Source: Eledone cirrhosa
Lineage: Eukaryota
Length of the DNA: 64,000 bases
Direction: 5' to 3'
Assembly: GCA_964016885.1 (NCBI GenBank)
Contig: OZ024742.1
Location: forward strand, 73,470,001 to 73,534,000
The notes below the pieces were generated by a model that was given only the letters and a program-made list of their open reading frames with translations, made no database searches and had not been told where the DNA came from. Positions 45,322 through 61,600 of this stretch are shown here, piece by piece; position 1 is the first letter of the stretch; every line of letters starts with the position of its first letter. A program made the translations under genes and the position numbers.

Positions 45322-45557
45322 TTAACCCTTTAGCATTTAAACTGGCTGTATCCGGCCCGAATTCTCTGCTCTCTTTCTGTTCAACTGTTTCAAACTGGCT
45401 GTATCTAGCCACTCATACTGATGTTAAAGTATTGTTCTAAATTAAATAATATCAAAATCTCATAGATTCGATATTATCTGAGATATTATATGCAATAAAG
45501 CCTTTACCATGAAATTACAATGTTAAATATAGAGTAATGTAAATATTAAAAGGTTAA
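45322..45557. mobile_element. Degenerate piggyBac-like MITE
   Basis: TTAA ccctttagcattt ... aaatattaaaagg TTAA. Confidence 0.55.
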
Positions 45558-45595
45558 AAGTGTAAAGGAAGAAACACACTGGGTGATGTGATCCT

Positions 45596-45742
45596 ATATT
45601 ATTATATATATATATATTATATATATTATATATATATATATATATTATATATATATAATATATATATATATTATATATATATAATATATATATATATTAT
45701 ATATATATAATATATATATATATTATATATATATATATATAT

Positions 45743-45776
<34 letters not shown>

Positions 45777-46067
45777 ATTATATACATATATTATATATAT
45801 ATATATTATATACATGTATTATATATATACATATATATTATATATATATAATATATATATAATATAATATATAATATAATATATATATATATATATTATA
45901 TTATATATTATATTATATATATATTATATATATATATTATATATATTATATATATATATTATATATATTATATATATATTATATATATATATATATAATA
46001 TATTATATATATATATTATATATATATATATTATATATATATATATATATTATATATATATATATAT

Positions 46068-46099
<32 letters not shown>

Positions 46100-46246
46100 A
46101 TATATTATATATATATATTATATATATATATTATATATATATATATATATTATATATATATATTATATATATATATATATATTATATATATATATATATT
46201 AGATATATATATATTATATATATATTATATCTATATATTATATATA

Positions 46247-46293
<47 letters not shown>

Positions 46294-46475
46294 ATAATAT
46301 ATATATATATATAATATATATATATATATATTATATATATATATATATTATATATATATATATTATATATATATATAATATATATATATATATATTATAT
46401 ATATATATTATATATATATTATATATATATATTATATATATATTATATATATATATTATATATATATATATATAT

Positions 46476-46509
<34 letters not shown>

Positions 46510-47086
46510 ATATATTATATATATAATATATAATATATATATATATTATATTATATATATATATAATATATATATATTATATTATAAATATATATAATAT
46601 ATATATATATATATTATATTATATATATAAATTATATATATATATATTATATAATATATATATTATATAATATATATATATATATATTATATATATATAT
46701 ATATATAATATATATATATTATATATATATATATAATATATATATATATTATACATATATATATTATATATATATATATATAATATATATATATATTATA
46801 TATATATATATATTATATATATATATTATATATATATATAATATATATATATAATATATATATAATATATATTATATATATATATTATATATATATATTA
46901 TATATTATATATATATATAATATATATATATAATATATATATAATATATATATATTATATATATATTATATATTATATATATATTATATATATATATATT
47001 ATATATATAATATATATATAATATATATATATATTATATATATATAATATATATATATTATATATATATATTATATATATAATATA

Positions 47087-47136
<50 letters not shown>

Positions 47137-47159
47137 TATATATTATATATATATATTAT

Positions 47160-47239
<80 letters not shown>

Positions 47240-47463
47240 ATTATATATATATATATTATATATATATATAATATATATATATATATTATATATATAATAT
47301 ATATATATAATATATATATATATTATATATATATTATATATATTTATTATATATATTTATTATATATATTTATTATATATATATATTATATATATATATA
47401 TTATATATATATATATTATATATATATAATTATATAATATATATATATATATTATATATATAT
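45596..47463. repeat. ~1.9-kb almost purely A/T microsatellite
   Basis: Seen directly; only a handful of C or G bases. Confidence 0.97.
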
Positions 47464-47833
47464 GGAACCACATGGCTTAGTGGTTAGAACATTGGCCTTC
47501 CAATCAAAAGATTGTGAGTTCAATTCTCAGACCAGGTGATGTGTTGTTTCCTTGAGCAAGACACTCTATTTCACATTGCCCCAGTTTACTCAGCTGTAGG
47601 AATGAGATGATAGGGACTGGGGTCCCTATCATTCCACTGCAAAGTGGACGTGTAGGAGCCACTCAGCCCGCACTGTAAAGTGGACGTGTAGGCCCCACGG
47701 AAAAAAAGCACCAAACACTCACTGTAAATGAGGTTGGTGTTAGGAAGGGCATCCAGCTGTAGAAATCAAGCCAGAATCAGTTCCCATCCCACTCTTGCAA
47801 GCAGGGAAAAAGCGGATGTAAAATGATGATGAT
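47464..47833 (+). mobile_element. tRNA-derived SINE with RTE-B tail (same family as 4168-4603)
   Basis: catggcttagtggttagaacattgg...gagttcaattc...ccttgagcaagacac...(GAT)n. Confidence 0.8.
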
Positions 47834-48602
47834 ATATACTATCTGGTAGTAAACACACTGAGTGGTGTGATCATATATACTACTACCTGATAAACACACT
47901 GGATGATGTGGACCTATAATATATATATATACATGTATATCACTTGTCGCCAGACAAAGAGTCTGGGGACCCTCCAGTCGTGTCAAGGCCGTGACAACCT
48001 CCCTAGTGTTGGAGATTTACACGATAGACACACTCAGTACACACTGTAAAGTGTTTGGTAATAGGAAGGGCATTCAGCCATAGAAAACTTGCCAGACAAA
48101 GAGTCTGGAAGAACCTCCAGTCTCGTCAAGGGCATGACAACCTCCCTAGTGTGGTGATCTACATGGTAAATGTACCCAGTACATACTGTAAAGTAGTTGG
48201 TGAAAGGAAGGGGATCCAGCTGTAGAAATCTTGCCAAATAAACAGGTTGGGAGGAATCCTCAGTTGAAACGTGAGACCGTACATCAGCACACAGGTCCCC
48301 GGCTTGTCTGGGAGATCAGTTGCTTCGCCTCAGTACTGATTTGGTCTATATGAACCCGTCTAACTCTTGCTAGCAGGGAAAGCGGACATTAAAATGACAA
48401 ATGATGATGATGATACGACCTGGTAAACTACACTGGTTGGTGTGGTCCTATAATATATATACTATTATCTGGTAAACATACTGGGTGGTGTGGTCCTATA
48501 ACATATATACACTGTCTGGTAAACACACTGGATGATTTGTATGATATATGTACTACTATCTGGTACACACACTGGGTGGTATGGTCCTATATTATATATT
48601 AT

Positions 48603-50090
48603 AAGCGGAAAGCATCTGGGACAGGAGGACATGCCATAACTACCCAGTAATGCAAAATGGTGTCATAGCCAATGACCGATGTAGCAACATAATTATCAAC
48701 TGCTATAAGGGCAAAGGTGATGCACTAGACAGATGCATCAAACTAATAGACAAAGTCATGAAAGTTACAGAAGGAGTCATTGTACAATTGATTAGAGATT
48801 GAATTAAACCTAGATGAGATTCAGTTCAGATTTGTGCCAGGAAAAGGTACCACGGATGCCATCTTCTTTGTGAAGAAACTGGAGGAGAAGTATCTAGCTA
48901 AAAGCTAGTGACGGCAGTACAAGCCATGTACAGAAGTTCTGTCAGCAATGTTGAAGTTAATAATGACTATAGCAAGTACTTTAGTGTGCAAGTTGGGGTC
49001 CATCAAGGCTGTCTTTAGCCCTCTCCTGTTTATTATTGTCCTCTAGACTATGACAGAAGAGTTTAAAACAGGATGCCCATGGGAACTCCTGTATGCTGAT
49101 TGTTTAACTCTTGTAGCTGAATCTATGACAGAACTAGAGAAAAATTCCTGACTTAGAATCAAAAGGTCTTATAGTCAACTTGGCAAAGACCAAATATGTA
49201 GTAAGGAAAACAAGGCCCTCATCCTTTCTGGGAAATAGCCATACTCTGTTCCAAATGCAAGCTATGGGTACACAAGAGATGTAGTGGGATCTCAGATAGC
49301 TTAGCTAAGAACATAGATTTAACTTGTGGCCATTGCACAGGAGCAGTCAGTAACAAACACTCACAGGAAACAAATGCTATCAAATTCTTGGAAGGTTCCG
49401 TAGAAGCATTTGACAGCTTCTGTTACCTGGGTGACCAAATTATCTGTGGAGGTAGGTATTCCGAAAGTACAGTAGCCAGGGTGAGAACAGGATGAAAAAA
49501 GTTCAGGGAGCTACTACTGCTGCTAGCTACAAATGGTTTTTCTCTCAAAATGAAGGGCACATTGTATGACGCATGTATACGATCAGCAATGTTACATAGT
49601 AGTGGGACCTGGGTGTTGTGTGTTGAGGACCTGTGAAGATTGGAAAGAAATAAGTCTGGGATGCTTCGATAGATGTGAAATATACATGAACAGCAAAGCA
49701 TAAATAAACTGAGTGGGAAACTGGACATATGAGGGATCAGATGCTGTTTGCAGGAGAGGGGATTGCATTGGCAGGGGCATGTGATATGTATGAAGGATGG
49801 CAGCTTTATAAAAGTGGTACAGGGTGCTTAAAGTTGATGGAAGCTATGGAGTAGGAATACATAGGAAGACTTGGGATGAGGTGATAAAAGCAGACGGTGC
49901 ACAATTACACCTCTCAAAGGATTGAGGTTACTGGCGTTATGCAGTAAGTAATACAGAAGACTCACCTTTCCATGTGCACAGGTTGAAGTGTACATCTAGT
50001 ACACACTACTTTCCTTTACCTTCCCCTCCCCCACACCTAACATGCCCTAATCTGCATCTCTCACTAGATCTATCTTTCCAATCCCCATGC
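48603..50090 (+). pseudogene. Old decayed RTE (RT to C-terminus)
   Basis: [23 protein letters not shown] and YLGD remnants with many stops and indels. Confidence 0.85.
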
Positions 50091-52389
50091 ATATATAGTA
50101 TATATATATATATATATATTTTATATATACTACTTGGGAAACGCCCTGGGTGGTGTGGTCATAGTATATATATATATATATGGTAAATACACTGGATGGT
50201 GTGGTCCTATATATATATACTATCTGGTAAATACACTGGATGGTGTGGTCCTATATTATATATATATACTATCTAGTAAATACACTGGATGGTGTGGTCC
50301 TATATTATATATATACTACTATCTGGTAAATACACTGGGTGATGTGGTCCTATATTATATATATACTACTATCTAGTAAATACACTGGATGATGTGGTCC
50401 TATATTATATATATACTACTATCTGGTAAATACACTGGATGGTGTGGTCCTATATTATATATATACTACTATCTGGTAAATACACTGGATGGTGTGGTCC
50501 TATATTATATATATACTGCTATCTGGTAAATACACTGGATGGTGTGGTCCTATATTATATATATACTACTATCTAGTAAATACACTGGATGATGTGGTCC
50601 TATATTATATATATACTACTATCTGGTAAATACACTGGATGGTGTGGTCCTATATTATATATATACTACTATCTGGTAAATACACTGGATGGTGTGGTCC
50701 TATATTATATATATACTGCTATCTGGTAAATACACTGGATGGTGGGTCCTATATTATATATATACTACTATCTAGTAAATACACTGGATGATGTGGTCCT
50801 ATATTATATATATACTACTATCTAGTAAATACACTGGATGATGTGGTCCTATATTATATATATACTACTATCTGGTAAATACACTGGGTGATGTGGCCCT
50901 ATATTATATATATACTACTATCTAGTAAATACACTGGGTGATGTGGTCCTATATTATATATATACTACTATCTGGTAAATACACTGGATGATGTGGTCCT
51001 ATATTATATATATACTACTATCTAGTAAATACACTGGGTGATGTGGTCCTATATTATATATATACTACTATCTAGTAAATACACTGGATGATGTGGTCCT
51101 ATATTATATATATACTACTATCTGGTAAATACACTGGATGGTGTGGTCCTATATTATATATATATGCTACTATCTAGTAAATACACTGGGTGATGTGGCC
51201 CTATATTATATATATACTACTATCTAGTAAATACACTGGATGGTGTGGTCCTATATTATATATATACTACTATCTGGTAAATACACTGGATGGTGTGGTC
51301 CTATATTATATATATACTACTATCTAGTAAATACACTGGATGGTGTGGTCCTATATTATATATATACTACTATCTAGTAAATACACTGGATGGTGTGGCC
51401 CTATATTATATATATACTACTATCTGGTAAATACACTGGATGGTGTGGTCCTATATTATATATATACTACTATCTGGTAAATACACTGGATGGTGTGGCC
51501 CTATATTATATATATACTACTATCTAGAAAATACACTGGATGGTGTGGTCCTATATCATATATATACTACTATATGGTAAATACACTGGATGGTGTGGTC
51601 CTATATTATATATATACTACTATCTAGTAAATACACTGGATGGTGTGGTCCTATATTATATATATACTACTATCTGGTAAATACACTGGATGGTGTGGTC
51701 CTATATTATATATATACTACTATCTAGTAAATACACTGGATGGTGTGGTCCTATATTATATATATACTACTATCTAGTAAATACACTGGATGGTGTGGCC
51801 CTATATTATATATATACTACTATCTGGTAAATACACTGGATGGTGTGGTCCTATATTATATATATACTACTATCTGGTAAATACACTGGATGGTGTGGCC
51901 CTATATTATATATATACTACTATCTAGAAAATACACTGGATGGTGTGGTCCTATATCATATATATACTACTATATGGTAAATACACTGGATGGTGTGGTC
52001 CTATATTATATATATACTACTATCTGGTAAATACACTGGATGGTGTGGTCCTATATTATATATATATACTACTATCTAGTAAATACACTGGATGGTGTGG
52101 TCCTATATTATATATATACTACTATCTAGTAAATACACTGGATGATGTGGTCCTATATTATATATATACTACTATCTGGTAAATACACTGGGTGGTGTGG
52201 TCCTATATTATATATATATACTACTATCTAGTAAATACACTGGGTGATGTCCTATATTATATATATATTACTATCTGGTAAATACACTGGATGGTGTGGT
52301 CCTATATTATATATATACTACTATCTAGTAAATACACTGGGTGATGTGGTCCTATATTATATATATACTACTATCTATTATCTGGAAAA

Positions 52390-53944
52390 CTAGAAAACTA
52401 GGTGTTGACGAATGGCTTGCGAGAGCTATACAAGCCATGTATAAAGAAACAGTCAGCAAGGTTAGAATTAACAACGAATATAGTGAAGAGTTTAGCGTAA
52501 AAGTTGGTTTTCATCAGGGCTCTGTTCTTAGCCCCCTTACTATTTATTATTGCCCTTCAGGCTATAACAATGGAGTTCAAGACCGGCTGCCCATGGGAAC
52601 TCCTATATGCAGATGATCTAACGCTCATAGCTGAATCAATGGCCGAGCTAGAGAAGAAATTCCAAACATGGAAGCACGGCCTAGAATCAAAAGGCCTTAA
52701 AATTAACCTAGCTAAGACTAACGTTCTAGTTTGTAGGAAAGAAAATAAGGCGCCGGTCCCTTCCGGGAAATGGCCATGCTCAGTGTGTAGGAAAGGCGTA
52801 GGTAGAAACTCCATTTTATGTCCCAAATGCAAAGTATGGGTGCATAAAAGATGTAGTGGGATCACAGGTAAGCTAACTAAGAACATAGATTTTACATGTG
52901 GCCGGTGCTCTGGTGCAATAAGTAGCAGCAAGTGCCCACGAAATACTAGCTCTTTCAACTGCGCAGAGGGTTCTATAGAAATAGTGGACAGCTTCCGTTA
53001 CCTGGGCGATAAAATCAGCAGTGGGGGAGGGTGCTCTGAAAGTACAGTAGCTAGAGTCAGAACTGGCTGGAAAAAGTTCAGGGAGCTTATACCACTATTA
53101 GCCGCTAAAGTGTTCTCCCTAAAAATGAAAGGCAGGTTGTATGATGCCTGCATACGAACAGCAATGTTGCATGGCAGTGAGACCTGGGCATTGTGTGCAG
53201 AGGATATACGCAGACTAGAGAGGAACGAAGCTTGCATGCTCCGCTGGATGTGTAATAGTAATATACGTGAACGGCAAAGCATAAACGAACTAAGGGAAAA
53301 ATTAGAAATAAGAGAGATAAGATGTTGTTTACTCGAGAGAAGGCTACGTTGGTATGGTCACGTGATGCGCATGAAAGACGACAGCTGTATTAAAAAGTTC
53401 AGGGCAATAAAGATAGACGGTAGCCACGGAGTAGGCAGACCCAGAAAAACCTGGGACGACCTAATAAATTCTGACCTCACACACTTACACCTCTCCAAGA
53501 CAATGTCACTGGACCGAGATCTTTGGCGGTACTCAGTAATAGAGAAGACCCGCCTTGCCTAAATACAAAGTAAACCTACTACAGTCAGTAGGCATCTCTA
53601 ACAAAATACGCCCCCGTCACACCACCCATTCCCCATCCACACCACCCCTTTCAATGTAAAGTTATGTTGGTGTCACAACTTCCAGCCCGAAACAAATGAG
53701 GTCGTGTAGGTGTCACGACAAAAAAACACACAGTCCACGCTGTAATGTGGCCGTGTAGGCAACGCGGTAAAAACCTCTCAGTCCCACACTGTAAACGTGG
53801 TTGGTGTTAGGAAGGGCATCCAGCTGTAGAAAACCTGCCAGACAGTCCTATGCGAGCAATGACAACCACTCTTGCCTCAAATGGGAAAACTCCCGTCCAA
53901 ACCCATGCAAGCGTGGAACATGGACGTTAAACGTTGATGATGAT
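52390..53944 (+). mobile_element. 5'-truncated RTE-A copy (frameshift near 52538)
   Basis: ORFs 52341-52616 and 52504-53562; (GAT)n tail. Confidence 0.92.
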
Positions 53945-53977
53945 CTAGTAAACACACTGGATGGTGTGGTCCTATAT

Positions 53978-55655
53978 TCATCATCATCATCATCATCACC
54001 GTTTTACGTCCGTTCTTCCACGCTAGCATGGGTTAGACGGGTTGTCCTGTTGTGGGCAGTGTCTGGTCGGCTGACCATGCCTTGCTCATACAGGAACTGA
54101 TCTGGCTTGATTTCTACAGCTGGATGCCCTTCCTAACACCAACCTCATTTACAGTGAGTGCTGGGTGCTTTTTCGTGGCGCCTACACGTCCACTTTACAG
54201 TGTGGGCTGGGTGCTTTTTTGCCGTGGCACCTCCACGACCACCTTGCGGTGGGGGGAGTGGGGGCATATTGTTTATATGCTTCAGCATGTACCCATGGGA
54301 GGTCGGGTACCCTGTATTACTGCGTGACGCCAGAAGTCACAGTCGTGTGTCATTGACTTTGAGAGGTGTAGTTGGGTAAGGTCGGCTTTTATCACCTCAT
54401 CCCAAGTCATCTTGGGTCTCCCCACTCCACGGTTTCCATCAACTTCTAGTGCTCTGCACCTTTTTATGCAGCTGTCATCCTTCATACGCATCACATGTCC
54501 ATACCAGCGTAACCGCCTCTCCTGCACGCAGCATTTGATTCCTCTTATGCTCAGTCTCTCTCTCAATTCCTTTATGCTTTGTCGTTCACGTATATTACTG
54601 TTACACATCCATCGGAGCATGCAGGCTTCGTTTCTCTCTAATCTACGTAAGTCTTCCACCTTCAGCGCCCAGGTCTCACTACCATGCAACATCGCTGTTC
54701 GGATACACGCATCATACAGTCTGCCTTTCATTTTGAGGGAGAAGCCTTTTGCAGCTAGCAGTGGTAGTAGTTCCCTAAACTTCTTCCATCCCGTTCTTAC
54801 CCTAGTTATTGTACTTTCTGAGCACCCACCTCCGTTGCTAATTCGGTCACCTAGGTAGCAGAAGCTGTCTACTGTTTCTACAGGGCCCTCCCAGAGATTG
54901 GTGGTACTTGTTTCCTGTGGCTGTTTGCTTGCTGTTTCAGCACAGCTGCTGCATGTGAATCCTACATTCTTAATTAAGCTTCCTGAGATCCCGCTACATC
55001 TCTTGTGTACCCATTGTTTGCATTTGGGGCAGAGAATGGAGTTCCTACCTACACCTTTCCTACATACTGAGCAAGGCCATTTCCCTGAGGGGATCTGGGT
55101 TCTGTTTTCTCGTCTACTTATAAGGACCTTAGTCTTTGTCATGTTGACTTTGAGGCCCTTTCTCTCTAGTCCCTGCTTCCAGGTTTGGAATTTATTCTCT
55201 AGTTCTACCATAGATTCAGCTATGAGTGCGAGGTCATCAGCATACAGGAGTTCCCATGGGCATCCGGTCTTAAACTCCTCCGTTATTGCCTGCAGGACTA
55301 TGATGAACAGGAGAGGGCTAAGAACAGAGCCCTGGTGGACCCCAACCTGTACGCTAAATTCCTCGCTATACTCATTGCCAATCCTAACTTTGCTGACTGC
55401 TCCCCTATACTAGGCTTGTACCGCTTTCACAAGCCATTCATCTACTCCTAGTTTTCTAAGAGCCCACCAGATTACTGCATGTGGAACTCTGTCAAAGGCT
55501 TTCTCAAGGTCGACAAATGCCAAGTAGAGTGGCTTACTTTTAGCTAGGTACTTTTCCTGTAATTGCCTCACAAGGAAGAGGGCATCAGTGGTGCCTTTCC
55601 CTGGTACAAACCCAAATTGCATCTCGTCTATATTCACCCGGTCCCTAATCAGCTG
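53978..55655 (-). mobile_element. 5'-truncated RTE-B copy (in-frame stop at ~55410)
   Basis: ORFs 55410-55637 and 54282-55211. Confidence 0.92.
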
Positions 55656-58600
55656 GGTGGTGTGGTCCTATATTATATATATACTACTATCTAGTAAATA
55701 CACTGGGTGGTGTGGTCCTATATTATATATATACTACTATCTAGTAAATACACTGGATGGTGTGGTCCTATATTATATATATACTACTATCTAGTAAATA
55801 CACTGGATGGTGTGGTCCTATATTATATATATATACTATCTAGTAAATACACTGGATGGTGTGGTCCTATATTATATATATATATACTATCTAGTAAATA
55901 CACTGGATGGTGTGGTCCTATATTGTATATATACTACTATCTAGTAAATACACTGGATGGTGTGGTCCTATATTATATATATATACTATCTAGTAAATAC
56001 ACTGGATGGTGTGGTCCTATATTATATATATATACTATCTAGTAAATACACTGGATGGTGTGGTCCTATATTATATATATATACTATCTAGTAAATACAC
56101 TGGATGGTGTGGTCCTATATTATATATATATACTACTATCTAGTAAATACACTGGATGGTGTGGTCCTATATTATATATATATACTATCTAGTAAATACA
56201 CTGGATGGTGTGGTCCTATATTATATATATATACTACTATCTAGTAAATACACTGGGTGATGTGGTCCTATATTATATATATATATATATACTATCTAGT
56301 AAATACACTGGATGGTGTGGTCCTATATTATATATATATACTACTATCTAGTAAATACACTGGGTGGTGTGGCCCTATATTATATATATACTACTATCTA
56401 GTAAATACACTGGATGGTGTGGTCCTATATTATATATATATACTACTATCTAGTAAATACACTGGGTGATGTGGTCCTATATTATATATATATATATATA
56501 CTATCTAGTAAATACACTGGATGGTGTGGTCCTATATTATATATATACTACTATCTAGTAAATACACTGGGTGATGTGGTCCTATATTATATATATATAC
56601 TACTATCTAGTAAATACACTGGGTGGTGTGGTCCTATATTATATATATACTACTATCTAGTAAATACACTGGATGGTGTGGTCCTATATTATATATATAT
56701 ACTATCTAGTAAATACACTGGATGATGTGGTCCTATATTATATATATACTACTATCTAGTAAATACACTGGATGGTGTGGTCCTATATTATATATATACT
56801 ACTATCTAGTAAATACACTGGATGGTGTGGTCCTATATTATATATATACTACTATCTAGTAAATACACTGGATGGTGTGGTCCTATATTATATATATACT
56901 ACTATCTGGTAAATACACTGGGTGGTGTGGTCCTATATTATATATATATACTATCTAGTAAATACACTGGATGATGTGGTCCTATATTATATATATACTA
57001 CTATCTAGTAAATACACTGGATGGTGTGGTCCTATATTATATATATACTACTATCTGGTAAATACACTGGATGGTGTGGTCCTATATTATATATATACTA
57101 CTATCTAGTAAATACACTGGATGGTGTGGTCCTATATTATATATATACTACTATCTGGTAAATACACTGGGTGGTGTGGTCCTATATTATATATACTACT
57201 ATCTAGTAAATACACTGGATGGTGTCGTCCTATATTATATATATACTACTATCTAGTAAATACACTGGATGATGTGGTCCTATATTATATATATATATAC
57301 TATCTAGTAAATATACTGGATGGTGTGGCCCTATATTACATATATATATACTATCTAGTAAATACACTGGATGATGTGGTCCTATATTATATATATACTA
57401 CTATCTAGTAAATACACTGGATAATGTGGTCCTATATTATATATATATATATATACTATCTAGTAAATACACTGGATGGTGTGGTCCTATATTATATATA
57501 TACTACTATCTAGTAAATACACTGGATGGTGTGGTCCTATATTATATATATACTACTATCTAGTAAATACACTGGATGGTGTGGTCCTATATTATATATA
57601 TACTACTATATGGTAAATACACTGGATGGTGTGGTCCTATATTATATATATACTACTATCTAGTAAATACACTGGGTGGTGTGGCCCTATATTATATATA
57701 TATTACTATCTGGTAAATACACTGGATGGTGTGGTCCTATATTATATATATACTACTATCTAGTAAATACACTGGATGGTGTGGTCCTATATTATATATA
57801 TACTACTATCTAGTAAATACACTGGATGATGTGGTCCTATATTATATATATATACTATCTAGTAAATACACTGGATGGTGTGGTCCTATATTATATATAT
57901 ATACTATCTAGTAAATACACTGGATGATGTGGCCCTATATTATATATATACTACTATCTAGTAAATACACTGGATGATGTGGTCCTATATTATATATATA
58001 CTACTATCTAGTAAATACACTGGATGATGTGGTCCTATATTATATATATACTACTATATGGTAAATACACTGGATGGTGTGGTCCTATATTATATATATA
58101 CTACTATCTAGTGAATACACTGGATGATGTGGCCCTATATTATATATATACTACTATCTAGTAAATACACTGGATGGTGTGGTCCTATATTATATATATA
58201 CTACTATCTGGTAAATACACTGGATGATGTGGTCCTATATTATATATATACTACTATCTGGTAAATACACTGGATGGTGTGGTCCTATATTATATATATA
58301 TATATATATACTATCTAGTAAATACACTGGGTGATGTGGTCCTATATTATATATATACTACTATCTGGTAAATACACTGGGTGATGTGGTCCTATATTAT
58401 ATATATACTACTATCTGGTAAATACACTGGGTGATGTGGTCCTATATTATATATATACTACTATCTAGTAAATACACTGGATGGTGTGGTCCTATATTAT
58501 ATATATACTACTATATGGTAAATACACTGGAATGTGTGGTCCTATATTATATATATACTACTATCTGGTAAATACACTGGATGGTGTGGTCCTATATTAT

Positions 58601-61600
58601 ATATATACTACTATCTAGTAAATACACTGGATGGTGTCGTCCTATATTATATATATATACTATCTAGTAAATACACTGGATGATGTGGTCCTATATTATA
58701 TATATACTACTATCTAGTAAATACACTGGATGGTGTGGTCCTATATTATATATATACTACTATCTAGTAAATACACTGGATGGTGTGGTCCTATATTATA
58801 TATATATACTATCTAGTAAATACACTGGATGATGTGGTCCTATATTATATATATACTACTATCTAGTAAATACACTGGGTGATGTGGTCCTATATTATAT
58901 ATATACTACTATCTAGTAAATACACTGGATGGTGTGGTCCTATATTATATATATACTACTATATGGTAAATACACTGGATGGTGTGGTCCTATATTATAT
59001 ATATATACTACTATCTAGTAAATACACTGGATGGTGTGGTCCTATATTATATATATACTACTATCTGGTAAATACACTGGATGGTGTGGTCCTATATTAT
59101 ATATATACTACTATCTGGTAAATACACTGGATGGTGTGGTCCTATATTATATATATACTATCTAGTAAATACACTGGGTGATGTGGTCCTATATTATATA
59201 TATACTACTATCTAGTAAATACACTGGGTGGTGTGGTCCTATATTATATATATACTACTATCTGGTAAATACACTGGATGGTGTGGTCCTATATTATATA
59301 TATACTACTATCTGGTAAATACACTGGGTGATGTGGTCCTATATTATATATATACTACTATCTAGTAAATACACTGGATGGTGTGGTCCTATATTATATA
59401 TATACTACTATCTAGTAAATACACTGGGTGATGTGGTCCTATATTATATATATATACTACTATCTAGTAAATACACTGGATGATGTGGTTCTATATTATA
59501 TATATACTACTATCTAGTAAATACACTGGGTGGTGTGGTCCTATATTATATATATACTACTATCTAGTAAATACACTGGATGGTGTGGTCCTATATTATA
59601 TATATATACTATCTAGTAAATACACTGGATGATGTGGTCCTATATTATATATATACTACTATCTAGTAAATACACTGGATGGTGTGGTCCTATATTATAT
59701 ATATACTACTATCTAGTAAATACACTGGGTGGTGTGGTCCTATATTATATATATACTACTATCTAGTAAATACACTGGATGGTGTGGTCCTATATTATAT
59801 ATATATACTATCTAGTAAATACACTGGATGATGTGGTCCTATATTATATATATACTACTATCTAGTAAATACACTGGATGGTGTGGTCCTATATTATATA
59901 TATACTACTATCTAGTAAATACACTGGGTGGTGTGGTCCTATATTATATATACTACTATCTAGTAAATACACTGGATGGTGTGGTCCTATATTATATATA
60001 TATACTATCTAGTAAATACACTGGATGATGTGGTCCTATATTATATATATACTACTATCTAGTAAATACACTGGATGGTGTGGTCCTATATTATATATAT
60101 ACTACTATCTAGTAAATACACTGGATGATGTGGTCCTATATTATATATATATATACTATCTAGTAAATATACTGGATGGTGTGGCCCTATATTACATATA
60201 TATATACTATCTAGTAAATACACTGGATGATGTGGTCCTATATTATATATATACTACTATCTAGTAAATACACTGGATAATGTGGTCCTATATTATATAT
60301 ATATATATATACTATCTAGTAAATACACTGGATGGTGTGGTCCTATATTATATATATACTACTATCTAGTAAATACACTGGATGGTGTGGTCCTAAATTA
60401 TATATATACTACTATCTAGTAAATACACTGGATGGTGTGGTCCTATATTATATATATACTACTATATGGTAAATACACTGGATGGTGTGGTCCTATATTA
60501 TATATATACTACTATCTAGTAAATACACTGGGTGGTGTGGCCCTATATTATATATATATTACTATCTGGTAAATACACTGGATGGTGTGGTCCTATATTA
60601 TATATATACTACTATCTGGTAAATACACTGGATGGTGTGGTCCTATATTATATATATACTACTATCTAGTAAATACACTGGGTGGTGTGGTCCTATATTA
60701 TATATATATACTACTATATTGTAAATACACTGGATGGTGTGGTCCTATATTATATATATATACTATCTAGTAAATACACTGGGTGATGTGGCCCTATATT
60801 ATATATATACTACTATCTAGTAAATACACTGGATGATGTGGTCCTATATTATATATATACTACTATCTAGTAAATACACTGGGTGATGTGGTCCTATATT
60901 ATATATATACTACTATCTGGTAAATACACTGGATGATGTGGCCCTATATTATATATATACTACTATCTAGTAAATACACTGGATGGTGTGGTCCTATATT
61001 ATATATATACTACTATCTAGTAAATACACTGGATGATGTGGTCCTATATAATATATATACTACTATCTGGTAAATACACTGGGTGATGTGGTCCTATATT
61101 ATATATATACTACTATCTAGTAAATACACTGGGTGATGTGGTCCTATATTATATATATACTACTATCTGGTAAATACACTGGATGGTGTGGTCCTATATT
61201 ATATATATACTACTATCTAGTAAATACACTGGGTGATGTGGTCCTATATTATATATATACTACTATCTAGTAAATACACTGGATGGTGTGGTCCTATATT
61301 ATATATATACTACTATCTAGTAAATACACTGGATGGTGTGGTCCTATATTATATATATACTACTATCTAGTAAATACACTGGATGGTGTGGTTCTATATA
61401 ATATATATACTACTATATGGTAAATACACTGGATGGTGTGGTCCTATATTATATATATACTACTATCTAGTAAATACACTGGATGGTGTGGCCCTATATT
61501 ATATATATATACTATCTAGTAAATACACTGGATGGTGTGGCCCTATATTATATATATATACTATCTAGTAAATACACTGGATGATGTGGTCCTATATTAT

